A stretch of 64,000 nt of DNA. It comes from Cyclobacteriaceae bacterium (GTDB lineage: Bacteria > Bacteroidota > Bacteroidia > Cytophagales > Cyclobacteriaceae). Positions 9,763 through 18,333 of this stretch are shown in pieces (the stretch's first letter is position 1; each line of letters begins with the position of its first letter). The notes beneath the pieces were generated by a model. The model searched no databases and had not been told where the DNA came from. It saw only the letters and a list, made by a program, of their open reading frames with translations. The position numbers were made by a program, and so were the translations under genes. The stretch spans positions 48,664 to 112,663 of the forward strand of contig JAYVBH010000009.1 in assembly GCA_043750575.1 (NCBI GenBank), written 5' to 3'.

Positions 9763-10836
9763 ATGAAAATTGTTACCGTCCTCGGCGCGAGGCCTCAATT
9801 CATAAAGGCAGCCACAGTCTCCAGGGCCCTGACCAAAGCAGGCATTGCTGAGCGCATCGTCCATACAGGTCAACATTTCGACAAGAATATGTCGGACATC
9901 TTCTTCCGTGAAATGGAAATCCCAGCCGCACACTATAACCTTGAAATCAATAGCCTTGGGCATGGAGCCATGACCGGACGAATGCTGGAAAAGGTGGAGG
10001 AGGTACTTAATATAGAGAAGCCCGATGCGGTATTGGTTTACGGAGACACCAATTCCACACTGGCTGGCGCCCTTGCAGCCGCCAAACTCAGCATTCCAGT
10101 CGCCCACGTCGAGGCCGGTCTCCGCAGCTTCAACATGGCCATGCCAGAAGAAATCAATCGGATCCTCACTGACCGCATCAGTTCAATTCTATTCTGCCCC
10201 ACCACAACTGCTGTGAAGAATTTAAAAAAGGAAGGATTCGATAAATTTGATTGTCATATAGAACAACCTGGTGATGTCATGTTTGATGCACTCAAGTACT
10301 ATGGGAAGAAAGCAGAAGGCGTTTCCCGGGTACTGCAGAAGCAGAATCTCGCCGGAAAAGAATTTGTACTGGCTACCATCCACCGCGAAGAAAACACAAA
10401 CAATCCAAAGCGACTACTTGCTATCGTCGATGCACTGAACACCATCAACAAAACAGTTACTGTAGTCCTCCCCCTCCATCCGCGTACGCGCAGCTATCTG
10501 GACTCACACAAGATAAAGCTTGACGTCACCCTGCTTGACCCCGTCGGTTATTTTGATATGCTTATGCTTCTTCGCAATTGCCGAATGGTTTTCACGGATA
10601 GCGGCGGCCTGCAGAAGGAGGCCTACCTGTCGGCAAAGTTTTGTGTAACGCTGCGTGATCAGACAGAATGGACAGAGCTTTTGAAGACCGGTGCGAATGT
10701 GCTGGTGGGCGCAGACACGCGCAAGATTCTAGGTGCTTTCAGGAAGAATAGAAAGAAGGTGGTCGTTGTTAAACCGCTCTATGGTCGTGGAGATGCGGCA
10801 GATAAGATCGCAAAACGGTTGAAAAGGCTTGGTTAG
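9763..10836 (+). CDS. wecB: UDP-N-acetylglucosamine 2-epimerase (non-hydrolysing)
   Basis: MKIVTVLGARPQFIK, VHTGQH, VYGDTNSTLAG, HVEAGLRS, TDSGGLQKEA; start ATG 9763. Confidence 0.95.
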   Translation: MKIVTVLGARPQFIKAATVSRALTKAGIAERIVHTGQHFDKNMSDIFFREMEIPAAHYNLEINSLGHGAMTGRMLEKVEEVLNIEKPDAVLVYGDTNSTLAGALAAAKLSIPVAHVEAGLRSFNMAMPEEINRILTDRISSILFCPTTTAVKNLKKEGFDKFDCHIEQPGDVMFDALKYYGKKAEGVSRVLQKQNLAGKEFVLATIHREENTNNPKRLLAIVDALNTINKTVTVVLPLHPRTRSYLDSHKIKLDVTLLDPVGYFDMLMLLRNCRMVFTDSGGLQKEAYLSAKFCVTLRDQTEWTELLKTGANVLVGADTRKILGAFRKNRKKVVVVKPLYGRGDAADKIAKRLKRLG

Positions 10837-10888
10837 TGGGCAGTTCATTCTGTAGCTCAAAGCTTGCAGGCGTGAATGCGGAAAACTA

Positions 10889-10985
10889 AATTCAGGGCCA
10901 CAACGAACACAAAGAAGGGCACGACGATCACAAAGGGGAGATTAGACATTCGCCGTGCGCTTCATAGTTCTTTGTGGTCTGAATT
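10889..10985. repeat. Inverted CACAAAG-family cassette, gene-less
   Basis: aattcagggccacaacgaacacaaag...cacgacgatcacaaag / ctttgtggtctgaatt. Confidence 0.6.
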
Positions 10986-11012
10986 CCTTGAGACTTACTA
11001 TCTGATTGCTAC

Positions 11013-12080
11013 CTAATCTTTAATGTAAACCAACACATTCAGCCACTGGACTGGGTTTCGCGGATCGTTCGTATAAACAGTTATCGCCTTCTGCTGCGTC
11101 CCACCCCGATTCTGTGGCTTGAAGCGTATCTTGATCTGAGTTGAGTCTCCGGCGCGGAGACTTTGCTTTGCTGATTCCGCAGAAATGCAAGTGCAGTTTC
11201 CTTGAAGTGCTCTGATCTTCAGCTCTCGTTTGCCTTTGTTGATCAACATAACATTTCGTTCCAGAGAAACCCCGGGCGTATGCTGTCCCAGGTCTACACT
11301 TTGCTCCCGCAGCACCGCCTGTGGCGCTCTCATCATATCTTCCGCCGTCGGGGTTGGATAGAACTCCTCAAGCGAAGCGAATACAGAGATTGATTTGTTT
11401 TCCTCTCCGGCATCGCTGGTGGTGAATAGCACATTATCAGAAACAAATCCAAAGGTATTCTTCATCCTGGCATCGTAGATCACATTGATTACTCCCTTTT
11501 GATGAGGCTCAATTACGGCAGGCATTCCAATCCGCATATAGTCAGGTTTTTCAACACCCAGAAACCGAAGGGGTTCGTCTCCATCATTCATAACCGGAAA
11601 CTGCTTTTGAACAGGCTCTTTATTAATATAGGCTGTCCCCATACTGAACGATTTTGTTTTCAACTTGAGCTTGCCCATGGTAATCGGATAAAGGTCATCC
11701 CCATTCGAAAATACCACCTGGCCTTTGATTTGGAGAACGACAGGGTTTGGGTCTGCATCCGTTAAGAGCGTAAGCGTCTTATTGAAATATCCAGGTCTAC
11801 CTTTAGGATCAAAACTTGCCTTGACAAATCCTGTCTTCCCGGAAGCAACCGGTTCCTTGGACCATCCAGGCGTTGTGCATCCACACGAGGTAGTGACGTT
11901 CAGGATCTTGACAGGCCTGCCACTGTTGTTGGTGAAGACAAATTCATGATCTGCATTACCCCTGGCTTCGAGGACGTCACCGAAGTCATAAACCTTCTCC
12001 CGGAAGATGAGCGACTCCAGGGCTTGTGCACCCAGAAATTCAGGAATCAAAAGAATGGCAGCAAGGATCAGTCTCCGCAT
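11013..12080 (-). CDS. DUF1573 domain-containing exported protein (three Ig-like modules)
   Basis: Signal MRRLILAAILL; TSCGCTTPGWSKEPVASGK and GNCTCISA DUF1573-type motifs; start ATG 12080. Confidence 0.85.
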   Translation of the reverse strand: MRRLILAAILLIPEFLGAQALESLIFREKVYDFGDVLEARGNADHEFVFTNNSGRPVKILNVTTSCGCTTPGWSKEPVASGKTGFVKASFDPKGRPGYFNKTLTLLTDADPNPVVLQIKGQVVFSNGDDLYPITMGKLKLKTKSFSMGTAYINKEPVQKQFPVMNDGDEPLRFLGVEKPDYMRIGMPAVIEPHQKGVINVIYDARMKNTFGFVSDNVLFTTSDAGEENKSISVFASLEEFYPTPTAEDMMRAPQAVLREQSVDLGQHTPGVSLERNVMLINKGKRELKIRALQGNCTCISAESAKQSLRAGDSTQIKIRFKPQNRGGTQQKAITVYTNDPRNPVQWLNVLVYIKD

Positions 12081-12094
12081 AGAACTATTTAACG

Positions 12095-12102
12095 CAAAAA
12101 TA
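12095..12102 (-). promoter_or_regulatory. -7 element TATTTTTG
   Basis: TAnnTTTG match 14 nt upstream of the DUF1573 start. Confidence 0.6.
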
Positions 12103-12140
12103 AGGGGATTTGCGTTAACCCTGTTTTCTTTGCATCTAAT

Positions 12141-13115
12141 ATGGCAAGAATTCTCACCGGCATTCAAAGCAGCGGGCGGCCTCACCTGGGTAACCTGCTG
12201 GGTGCCATCATTCCGGGAATAGCGCTTTCCCGCAAGCCGGGCAACGACTCTTTGTTCTTCATTGCCGACCTTCACTCACTGACCACCATTCGTGACGCCG
12301 AATTGAGAAAACAGAACACCCTCGCAGTCGCTGCAGCCTGGATCGCTTTTGGTTTCGATACAAACAAGAATCTTCTCTACCGCCAAAGCCGTATCCCTGA
12401 AGTCTGCGAGCTGACCTGGTATTTGAGCTGCTTCACACCCTTTCCTATGCTTGCCAACTCGCATGCTTTCAAGGACAAGTCCGACCGGCTGGCCGATGTA
12501 AACGCGGGATTGTTCATTTACCCGGTCTTGATGGCTTCGGATATCATTATGTACGATGCCAATATTGTGCCTGTCGGCAAAGACCAGAAGCAGCACATGG
12601 AAATGACCCGCGACATCGCCACTTCATTCAACACCCAATTCGGCGAAACATTTGTCGTTCCGGAAGCACAGATTGACGACCGGGTAATGACGGTCCCTGG
12701 AACAGACGGGCAAAAGATGAGCAAGTCATCCAACAACATCATTGACATCCTCCTCACCGAAAAGGAGCTGAAGAAACAGGTCATGTCAATCATCACCGAC
12801 AGTACCCCGATGGAGGCCCCGAAAAACCCGGATACGGACACTGTGTTTGCGATTTACAAATTAGTGGCTACTGCAGAGCAAACGGCCGAGCTTCGAAAGA
12901 AATACCTGGCCGGAAATTTTGGGTACGGACATGCGAAGCAGGAGCTCTTGGGACTGCTCATTGATAAATACAAGGCTGAACGCGAGGCTTTTCAGAATCT
13001 CATGGCTAACCCCAAGGAAATAAACAGGAGACTGGAAGAGGGCGAAGCCCGAGCCCGGGTAATCGCGAGAGAAGTGTTGGGGAGAGTTAGAATCAAATTG
13101 GGATTCTCGGAGTAG
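12141..13115 (+). CDS. trpS: Tryptophan--tRNA ligase
   Basis: ILTGIQSSGRPHLGN (HIGH), VPVGKDQKQH, KMSKS. Confidence 0.97.
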   Translation: MARILTGIQSSGRPHLGNLLGAIIPGIALSRKPGNDSLFFIADLHSLTTIRDAELRKQNTLAVAAAWIAFGFDTNKNLLYRQSRIPEVCELTWYLSCFTPFPMLANSHAFKDKSDRLADVNAGLFIYPVLMASDIIMYDANIVPVGKDQKQHMEMTRDIATSFNTQFGETFVVPEAQIDDRVMTVPGTDGQKMSKSSNNIIDILLTEKELKKQVMSIITDSTPMEAPKNPDTDTVFAIYKLVATAEQTAELRKKYLAGNFGYGHAKQELLGLLIDKYKAEREAFQNLMANPKEINRRLEEGEARARVIAREVLGRVRIKLGFSE

Positions 13116-13128
13116 AAAGGCAAAGGTT

Positions 13129-13655
13129 GCCACAGATTTCACAGATTAGCACAGATTGTAAGGTCAGAATATCAACCTCTTGTATTCTAAGCTTTTTCGC
13201 CCAAAATTGACAAGTAAGCCGACTTCACACCCTGAAACCTTCAGGTAGTTGATAGTTTGAGCAATTTGATCATTGACGAGGCCACCTTCTACGGCCTTTA
13301 TTTCAAGAATTATCTTGTCCCTCACCACAAAGTCAGCATAGAACTTGTGCGGGAGGATTGAGTCTTTATACTTTATTGAGTATTGTACCTCTCTGCCGAA
13401 AGTAATTTCCTTTCGCATAAGTTCGAATTGAATTGCATCCTTGTAAACTATCTCGAGGAATCCCTTCCCGAGTGTACGGTGGACATCCATGCAAATCCCA
13501 ATCAAAACATAAGTCTCGTCTTTTAGAGGGAAGTTTATGTCAGTCGATTCAATCGCCATCGCACGCAAGTTCGCGCGATTTAAGCTTGCAACATTATGGT
13601 TAGCCTCCGGAATTCCTGACTAAAAAAATCTGTGCTAATCTGCGTAATCTGTGGC
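13129..13655. mobile_element. Putative mini-element: GxxExxY gene enclosed by 29-bp inverted CACAGATT-triplet arms
   Basis: Left GCCACAGATTTCACAGATTAGCACAGATT (13129-13157); right arm 13627-13655 reverse-complements to GCCACAGATTACGCAGATTAGCACAGATT (27/29 identical). Confidence 0.6.
13164..13559 (-). CDS. GxxExxY protein (PD-(D/E)XK nuclease superfamily)
   Basis: VHRTLGKGFLEIVY (GxxExxY), YADFVV..KIILEIKA, QTINYL, GLLVNFG; likely start ATG 13559. Confidence 0.95.
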   Translation of the reverse strand: MAIESTDINFPLKDETYVLIGICMDVHRTLGKGFLEIVYKDAIQFELMRKEITFGREVQYSIKYKDSILPHKFYADFVVRDKIILEIKAVEGGLVNDQIAQTINYLKVSGCEVGLLVNFGRKSLEYKRLIF

Positions 13656-13661
13656 CAGACT

Positions 13662-14069
13662 CTACTTAGCCGTCCACACAATCTGCTGCTTCTCGCTGCC
13701 GATGTTTAGAACGATACGGGGAGGATTGGGAAGAATGGCAAGCTTTGTGTCTTTGCCGGCATAGTCATCCATCTCAACGAAGACGCCTTCGGTGTTGGCA
13801 ACACTGTATTCGTTGTTGGCGCTGATCTGGTACTTTTTCGCGATGTAGGCGATGGGCACAAGCACATCGCTGTCGGGGCAGTACTCATCGTGAATATCCT
13901 GTAAGGCATGCTCCAAGTCATCGCCAAACGTCTCCTGGAAGTCGTCCTCCAAGTCATGAAGCTTCTCTTCGAGGTCATCATAGGCCGGATTGTTGTAATC
14001 AAGCTTGGCCAGTTCCTGCCGATTTTTGATGATTTCAAGAAGGGCTATATCCAGGGCTTTGACGTCCAT
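13662..14069 (-). CDS. Acidic hypothetical protein
   Basis: 135-aa ORF with host-like codon usage; no motif recognised. Confidence 0.75.
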   Translation of the reverse strand: MDVKALDIALLEIIKNRQELAKLDYNNPAYDDLEEKLHDLEDDFQETFGDDLEHALQDIHDEYCPDSDVLVPIAYIAKKYQISANNEYSVANTEGVFVEMDDYAGKDTKLAILPNPPRIVLNIGSEKQQIVWTAK

Positions 14070-14101
14070 ATGTGCGAATTTAGGGCAAGATTAGGGAAAA
14101 G

Positions 14102-14278
14102 AGCTACAAGCTGCAAGCTACAAGCTGCAAGCATGGCGTTGTGGTTGATTCAGACCAAGTTGTAAAGCCAACTGAAGCTATGTGGGACCTTCCTTTTGCC
14201 AAGTGCAAAGGCCCTGGCCACATGGCTAAGACTAGTCGGATTTGGTAGCCGCAAGCTTGCCGCTTGTAGCCTGTAGCC
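14102..14278. repeat. Inverted GCTACAA/GCTGCAA heptamer cassette, gene-less
   Basis: Left agctacaagctgcaagctacaagctgcaagc (14102-14132); right gcttgccgcttgtagcctgtagcc (14255-14278). Confidence 0.75.
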
Positions 14279-14340
14279 GGAAGCAACCTAGGTGACAATC
14301 CAAGCCGAATACGTAAATTTACCAAGCCAATTAATTTACT

Positions 14341-15435
14341 ATGAATAAGGACTTCCTACCCATCAATGGAACAGATCACATAGAATTCTATGTCGGGAAC
14401 GCCAAACAGGCTGCACTGTTTTACCAACACTGCTTCGGCTTTTCACTGGTTGCCTATGCAGGGCCTGAAACTGGAGTCCGGGACAGATCTTCCTATGTGT
14501 TGCAGCAAGACAAGATCCGCTTTGTGCTGACCACGTCATTGCAGCTTGGTTCAGAAATTGCCGAGCATGTTGACAGGCACGGAGATGGTGTCAAAGTTCT
14601 CGCGCTATGGGTTGATGATGCTACCAAATCATTTAATGAAACAGTAGTTCGCGGAGCGCATCCCGCCTTCGCGCCGCAGACAATGAAAGATGAGTTCGGC
14701 GAAGTCGTGATTGCCGCTATTCACACTTACGGTGAAACTCTCCACACGTTTGTGGAGCGGAAGAATTACAAAGGAGCCTTTCTCCCCGGCTACCGGGCGG
14801 TAAAGTCTACATTTCAGAATGTAGGCATCGGCCTCAAGTATGTTGACCATTGCGTTGGCAACGTTGAACTGGGGAAAATGAACACCTGGGTAGACTTCTA
14901 TGAAAAGGTTATGGGCTTCAGTCTCCTGCTGACGTTTGATGACAAGGATATCTCGACGGAATACAGCGCGCTGATGTCGAAGGTCGTATCCAACGGAAAC
15001 GGGTACATCAAGTTTCCGATCAACGAACCGGCCTCAGGAAAGAAAAAATCGCAGATTGAAGAGTACCTCGATTTCTATAAAGGCCCCGGTGTACAACACA
15101 TCGCCATCGCAACAGACGATATTGTCAAAACCGTTTCCGAATTGCGCAAGCGTGGGGTGGAATTCCTATATGTCCCGGATACCTATTACAAAGACATCCT
15201 TGACCGGGTCGGCAAGATCAACGAAAACCTGGATGACCTGAAGAAACAAAACATCCTGATCGACCGGGACGAGGAGGGCTATTTATTGCAGATCTTCACC
15301 AAGCCAATTCAGGATCGGCCGACTGTATTTTTCGAGATTATCGAGCGTAATGGCGCCAAATCTTTTGGTAAAGGAAATTTCAAGGCACTCTTCGAATCCA
15401 TCGAACGCGAACAAGCCCTACGCGGAAACTTATGA
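14341..15435 (+). CDS. hppD: 4-hydroxyphenylpyruvate dioxygenase
   Basis: DHCVGNV, KFPINEP, SQIEEY, QHIA, LLQIFTKP, FFEIIER, FGKGNFKALFESIE. Confidence 0.97.
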   Translation: MNKDFLPINGTDHIEFYVGNAKQAALFYQHCFGFSLVAYAGPETGVRDRSSYVLQQDKIRFVLTTSLQLGSEIAEHVDRHGDGVKVLALWVDDATKSFNETVVRGAHPAFAPQTMKDEFGEVVIAAIHTYGETLHTFVERKNYKGAFLPGYRAVKSTFQNVGIGLKYVDHCVGNVELGKMNTWVDFYEKVMGFSLLLTFDDKDISTEYSALMSKVVSNGNGYIKFPINEPASGKKKSQIEEYLDFYKGPGVQHIAIATDDIVKTVSELRKRGVEFLYVPDTYYKDILDRVGKINENLDDLKKQNILIDRDEEGYLLQIFTKPIQDRPTVFFEIIERNGAKSFGKGNFKALFESIEREQALRGNL

Positions 15436-15758
15436 CAAATACGCTGAACCAACTTCAGGCACTGACGCCTCGTGAAATCTTTCCTGGGTTCATGGGGCGG
15501 ATCATTCACTCCACAAACATGACCTTCGTTTACTGGGAGGTTAAGAAAGGGAGCCTTGTGCCGGTCCATTCTCATGTTCACGAACAAGTCGTAAACATGT
15601 TTGAGGGAGAAATTGAACTCACTGTTAGTGACAAGACACATGTGCTTAAGCCAGGGGCTGTGCTTATTATCCCTTCCCATGCGGTTCATTCTGGCAAGGC
15701 CCTGACCGACTGCAAGATTTTGGATGTATTCTCACCCGTTCGCGAAGATTACCGGTAA
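15432..15758 (+). CDS. Cupin domain protein
   Basis: HSHVHEQ and IPSHAVHSG metal-binding motifs, DVFSPVREDY. Confidence 0.88.
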   Translation: MTNTLNQLQALTPREIFPGFMGRIIHSTNMTFVYWEVKKGSLVPVHSHVHEQVVNMFEGEIELTVSDKTHVLKPGAVLIIPSHAVHSGKALTDCKILDVFSPVREDYR

Positions 15759-15772
15759 AACGACTACGACCT

Positions 15773-17506
15773 ATGATAAAGACGTCTGATCTACTTTCAC
15801 AATCGACGACCCGCGCAAAAGAGTGGCTGGCAAGTTCCATAGACGCGGAATCGAAGAAACAGGTGGAGGCACTTCTTGCCCGTGAAGATCCCAAGCTTCT
15901 GATTGACAGCTTTTACAAGACGTTGGAATTTGGAACCGGCGGACTCCGCGGCCTCATGGGCGTGGGGTCAAACTGCATCAACCAATACACCATTGGATCC
16001 GCCACCCAAGGACTCGCCAACTACCTGAAGAAGTCTTTTCCCAATGAAGTCATCCAGGTAGCCATCGCCTACGACTGCCGGAACAAGAGCAAATATTTCG
16101 CTGAAGTTACGGCCAATGTATTCTCGGCAAACGGAATCACGGTGCACATATTCCCAGAACTCCGACCGACTCCGCTCCTCTCTTTCGCGATCAGGCATCT
16201 GAAATGCCAATCCGGCGTTGTCATCACGGCATCGCACAACCCTAAAGAATATAATGGCTACAAGGCCTACTGGAACGATGGCGCTCAACTCGTCCCGCCC
16301 CATGACGCCAATGTTATTAAAGAAGTAAACGCCATCACCAGTTTTGATAAGGTCCGTTTCACTCCTGACAAGTCAAAAATAAAAACAATCGGTCCAGAGA
16401 TAGAGGAAGCGTACTATGAGCAAGTCAATAAGCTGATTCCCCGCAAGGACAGCATCAAGCGGCAAAGCCAAACCGCAATCGTCTATTCCAGTCTTCATGG
16501 ATCGGGGATTACGATGGTACCGGAGTGTCTGAAGCGATTGGGGTTTGAGAATGTCACTATTATCGAAGAGCAAAGGGTCCCGGATGGAAATTTTCCTACC
16601 GTTGCTTCTCCCAATCCGGAAGAAAGGCCGGCCATGGACCTCGCCCTGCGCAAAGCCACACTACTTGGCGCCGACCTGGTCATGGCGACCGACCCTGATG
16701 CCGACCGGGTAGGGATTGGCATCAAAAACAGAAACAATGAATTCTTTCTCCTGAACGGCAACCAGGCGCTCAGCCTGATGATGTGGTTCATCCTGAAGAA
16801 CCTCAAAGAGAAGAAGGATACCTACATCGCAAAGACCATTGTCACATCAGATTTTATCGACAAGATGGCCGAGCAACTGGGTGTGGAATGTATAAATACA
16901 CTTACCGGCTTCAAGTACATCGCAGAGCTCATCCGCGAAAATGAGGGCAAGAAGAAATTTATTGCCGCCGGCGAAGAGAGCTATGGGTACATGGTAGGCG
17001 ACTTTGTACGCGACAAGGATGCGGTATCCGCGTGCGCATTCTTTGCAGCAATGGTTGCCGCAGCGAAAGATGACGGTCAGAGTTTGTTTACCTGGATGGT
17101 TGAGATGTACAAGGAGTTCGGACTCTACAAAGAAGGGCTTGTCAACCTGGTACGTACAGGAGCCGCAGGGGCGCAACAAATCAAATACATGATGGAGCGG
17201 TACAGAACCAACCCGCCCCATGTGATTGCGGGTCAAAAGGTGATACGCGTCCTCGACTACCAGAGCAGTATTGAAAGGAATCTTCTCAATGGTCACGAGC
17301 GACCCATCAAACAGCCAAAATCCGATGTGCTTCAATTCCTTACCTGGGAAGGTGGAAAAATCTCAGTACGTCCTTCGGGAACCGAGCCCAAGATCAAATT
17401 CTACATCAGTGTCAACCTCAGGCTCACTGATCCCAGCAATTTTGAACTAGCCTTGCAGCATTTGGATGATAAGATTGAAGCGATTGAGAAAGACTTGCTT
17501 AGATGA
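15773..17506 (+). CDS. pgm: Phosphoglucomutase/phosphomannomutase (phospho-sugar mutase)
   Basis: FGTGGLRG, ITASHNP, DPDADR, GEESYG, RPSGTEPKIK. Confidence 0.93.
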   Translation: MIKTSDLLSQSTTRAKEWLASSIDAESKKQVEALLAREDPKLLIDSFYKTLEFGTGGLRGLMGVGSNCINQYTIGSATQGLANYLKKSFPNEVIQVAIAYDCRNKSKYFAEVTANVFSANGITVHIFPELRPTPLLSFAIRHLKCQSGVVITASHNPKEYNGYKAYWNDGAQLVPPHDANVIKEVNAITSFDKVRFTPDKSKIKTIGPEIEEAYYEQVNKLIPRKDSIKRQSQTAIVYSSLHGSGITMVPECLKRLGFENVTIIEEQRVPDGNFPTVASPNPEERPAMDLALRKATLLGADLVMATDPDADRVGIGIKNRNNEFFLLNGNQALSLMMWFILKNLKEKKDTYIAKTIVTSDFIDKMAEQLGVECINTLTGFKYIAELIRENEGKKKFIAAGEESYGYMVGDFVRDKDAVSACAFFAAMVAAAKDDGQSLFTWMVEMYKEFGLYKEGLVNLVRTGAAGAQQIKYMMERYRTNPPHVIAGQKVIRVLDYQSSIERNLLNGHERPIKQPKSDVLQFLTWEGGKISVRPSGTEPKIKFYISVNLRLTDPSNFELALQHLDDKIEAIEKDLLR

Positions 17507-17510
17507 AAGA

Positions 17511-17726
17511 AGGTTCAATAGTTCAAAGATCAAGATCAAAGTTCAAAGTTCAACAGTTCAAGGCTTGCCCCGACGTGGGAATTACCGGAAGTGAAATCGT
17601 CTGGGTCGGCAGGTGTTCAACTTTGGAAGTGAAAGAGCTATGCATTTTTGTCGGGGTTCAATAGTTCAGGGTTGAATAGTTTAAGGTCGAAAGTCTAAGG
17701 TTGAAGGTCGAAAGTCGAAAATGCAT
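17511..17726. repeat. Two direct arrays of GTTCAA/GTCGAA 7-8-mers with palindromic pieces
   Basis: gttcaatagttcaaagatcaagatcaaagttcaaagttcaacagttcaagg; gttcaatagttcagggttgaatagtttaaggtcgaaagtctaaggttgaaggtcgaaagtcgaaa; second array closed by atgcatttt/aaaatgcat. Confidence 0.7.
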
Positions 17727-17756
17727 AAAATAAAAACACATTAAACTCATTTGACC

Positions 17757-18209
17757 ATGAATCTCGCAACAGAATCCTTACTCGCGCTTTACACACGGGA
17801 CCTTGATAAGTTGGCAGAAGAACTGCGGCTTTATCCTTCAGAGGAAGCTGTGTGGAAGGTTAGCCCCGGCATTACGAATTCAGCTGGTAACCTGAGCCTG
17901 CACTTGTGTGGCAACCTACAGCATTTCATTGGAGGGATTCTTGGTGACTCCGGGTACAAGCGCAACCGGGAGGCCGAGTTCAGTTTAAAGGATATACCGA
18001 GGATAGAACTGCTCGCGGAAATTGAGAGAACCAAATCTTCACTCGCCAACACCCTGGCAATATTGACCCCTGATCAACTCCATGGCCAATATCCTGTTGA
18101 TGTTTTTGGGAGACCCATGACGACGATCTACTTTCTCATGCACCTCGCAACGCATTTGGGGTATCATTTGGGGCAGGTGAATTATCATCGGAGGTTGGTG
18201 CGCAAGTAA
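17757..18209 (+). CDS. DinB/DUF1572 family protein
   Basis: NSAGNLSLHLCGNLQHFIG, RNREAEF, HLATHLGYHLGQVNY. Confidence 0.88.
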   Translation: MNLATESLLALYTRDLDKLAEELRLYPSEEAVWKVSPGITNSAGNLSLHLCGNLQHFIGGILGDSGYKRNREAEFSLKDIPRIELLAEIERTKSSLANTLAILTPDQLHGQYPVDVFGRPMTTIYFLMHLATHLGYHLGQVNYHRRLVRK

Positions 18210-18235
18210 CCATTTTTGGTTTTCTGTTGGAGCGC

Positions 18236-18333
18236 GGGTACTCACCGCAAAGGCGCAAAGCCGCGAAGGACCGCGAAGAATCCTTAGCGGTACTTCGCGG
18301 CTTTGCCCCGGCCTTGTGCCGGGGTGGTTACTC
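18236..18333. repeat. CGCAAAG/CGCGAAG-family palindromic element, copy 1
   Basis: gggtactcaccgcaaaggcgcaaagccgcgaaggaccgcgaagaatccttagcggtacttcgcggctttg...gtggttactc. Confidence 0.75.

Noticed and set aside
12081-12275. N-terminal extension of ORF 11013..12275
   Set aside because: It overlaps trpS on the opposite strand; the signal peptide and -7 box support a start at 12080.
13110-13670. Classical IS or MITE with target-site duplication
   Set aside because: The flanks (caaaggtt / cagactct) show no direct repeat, and there is no DDE or HUH transposase.
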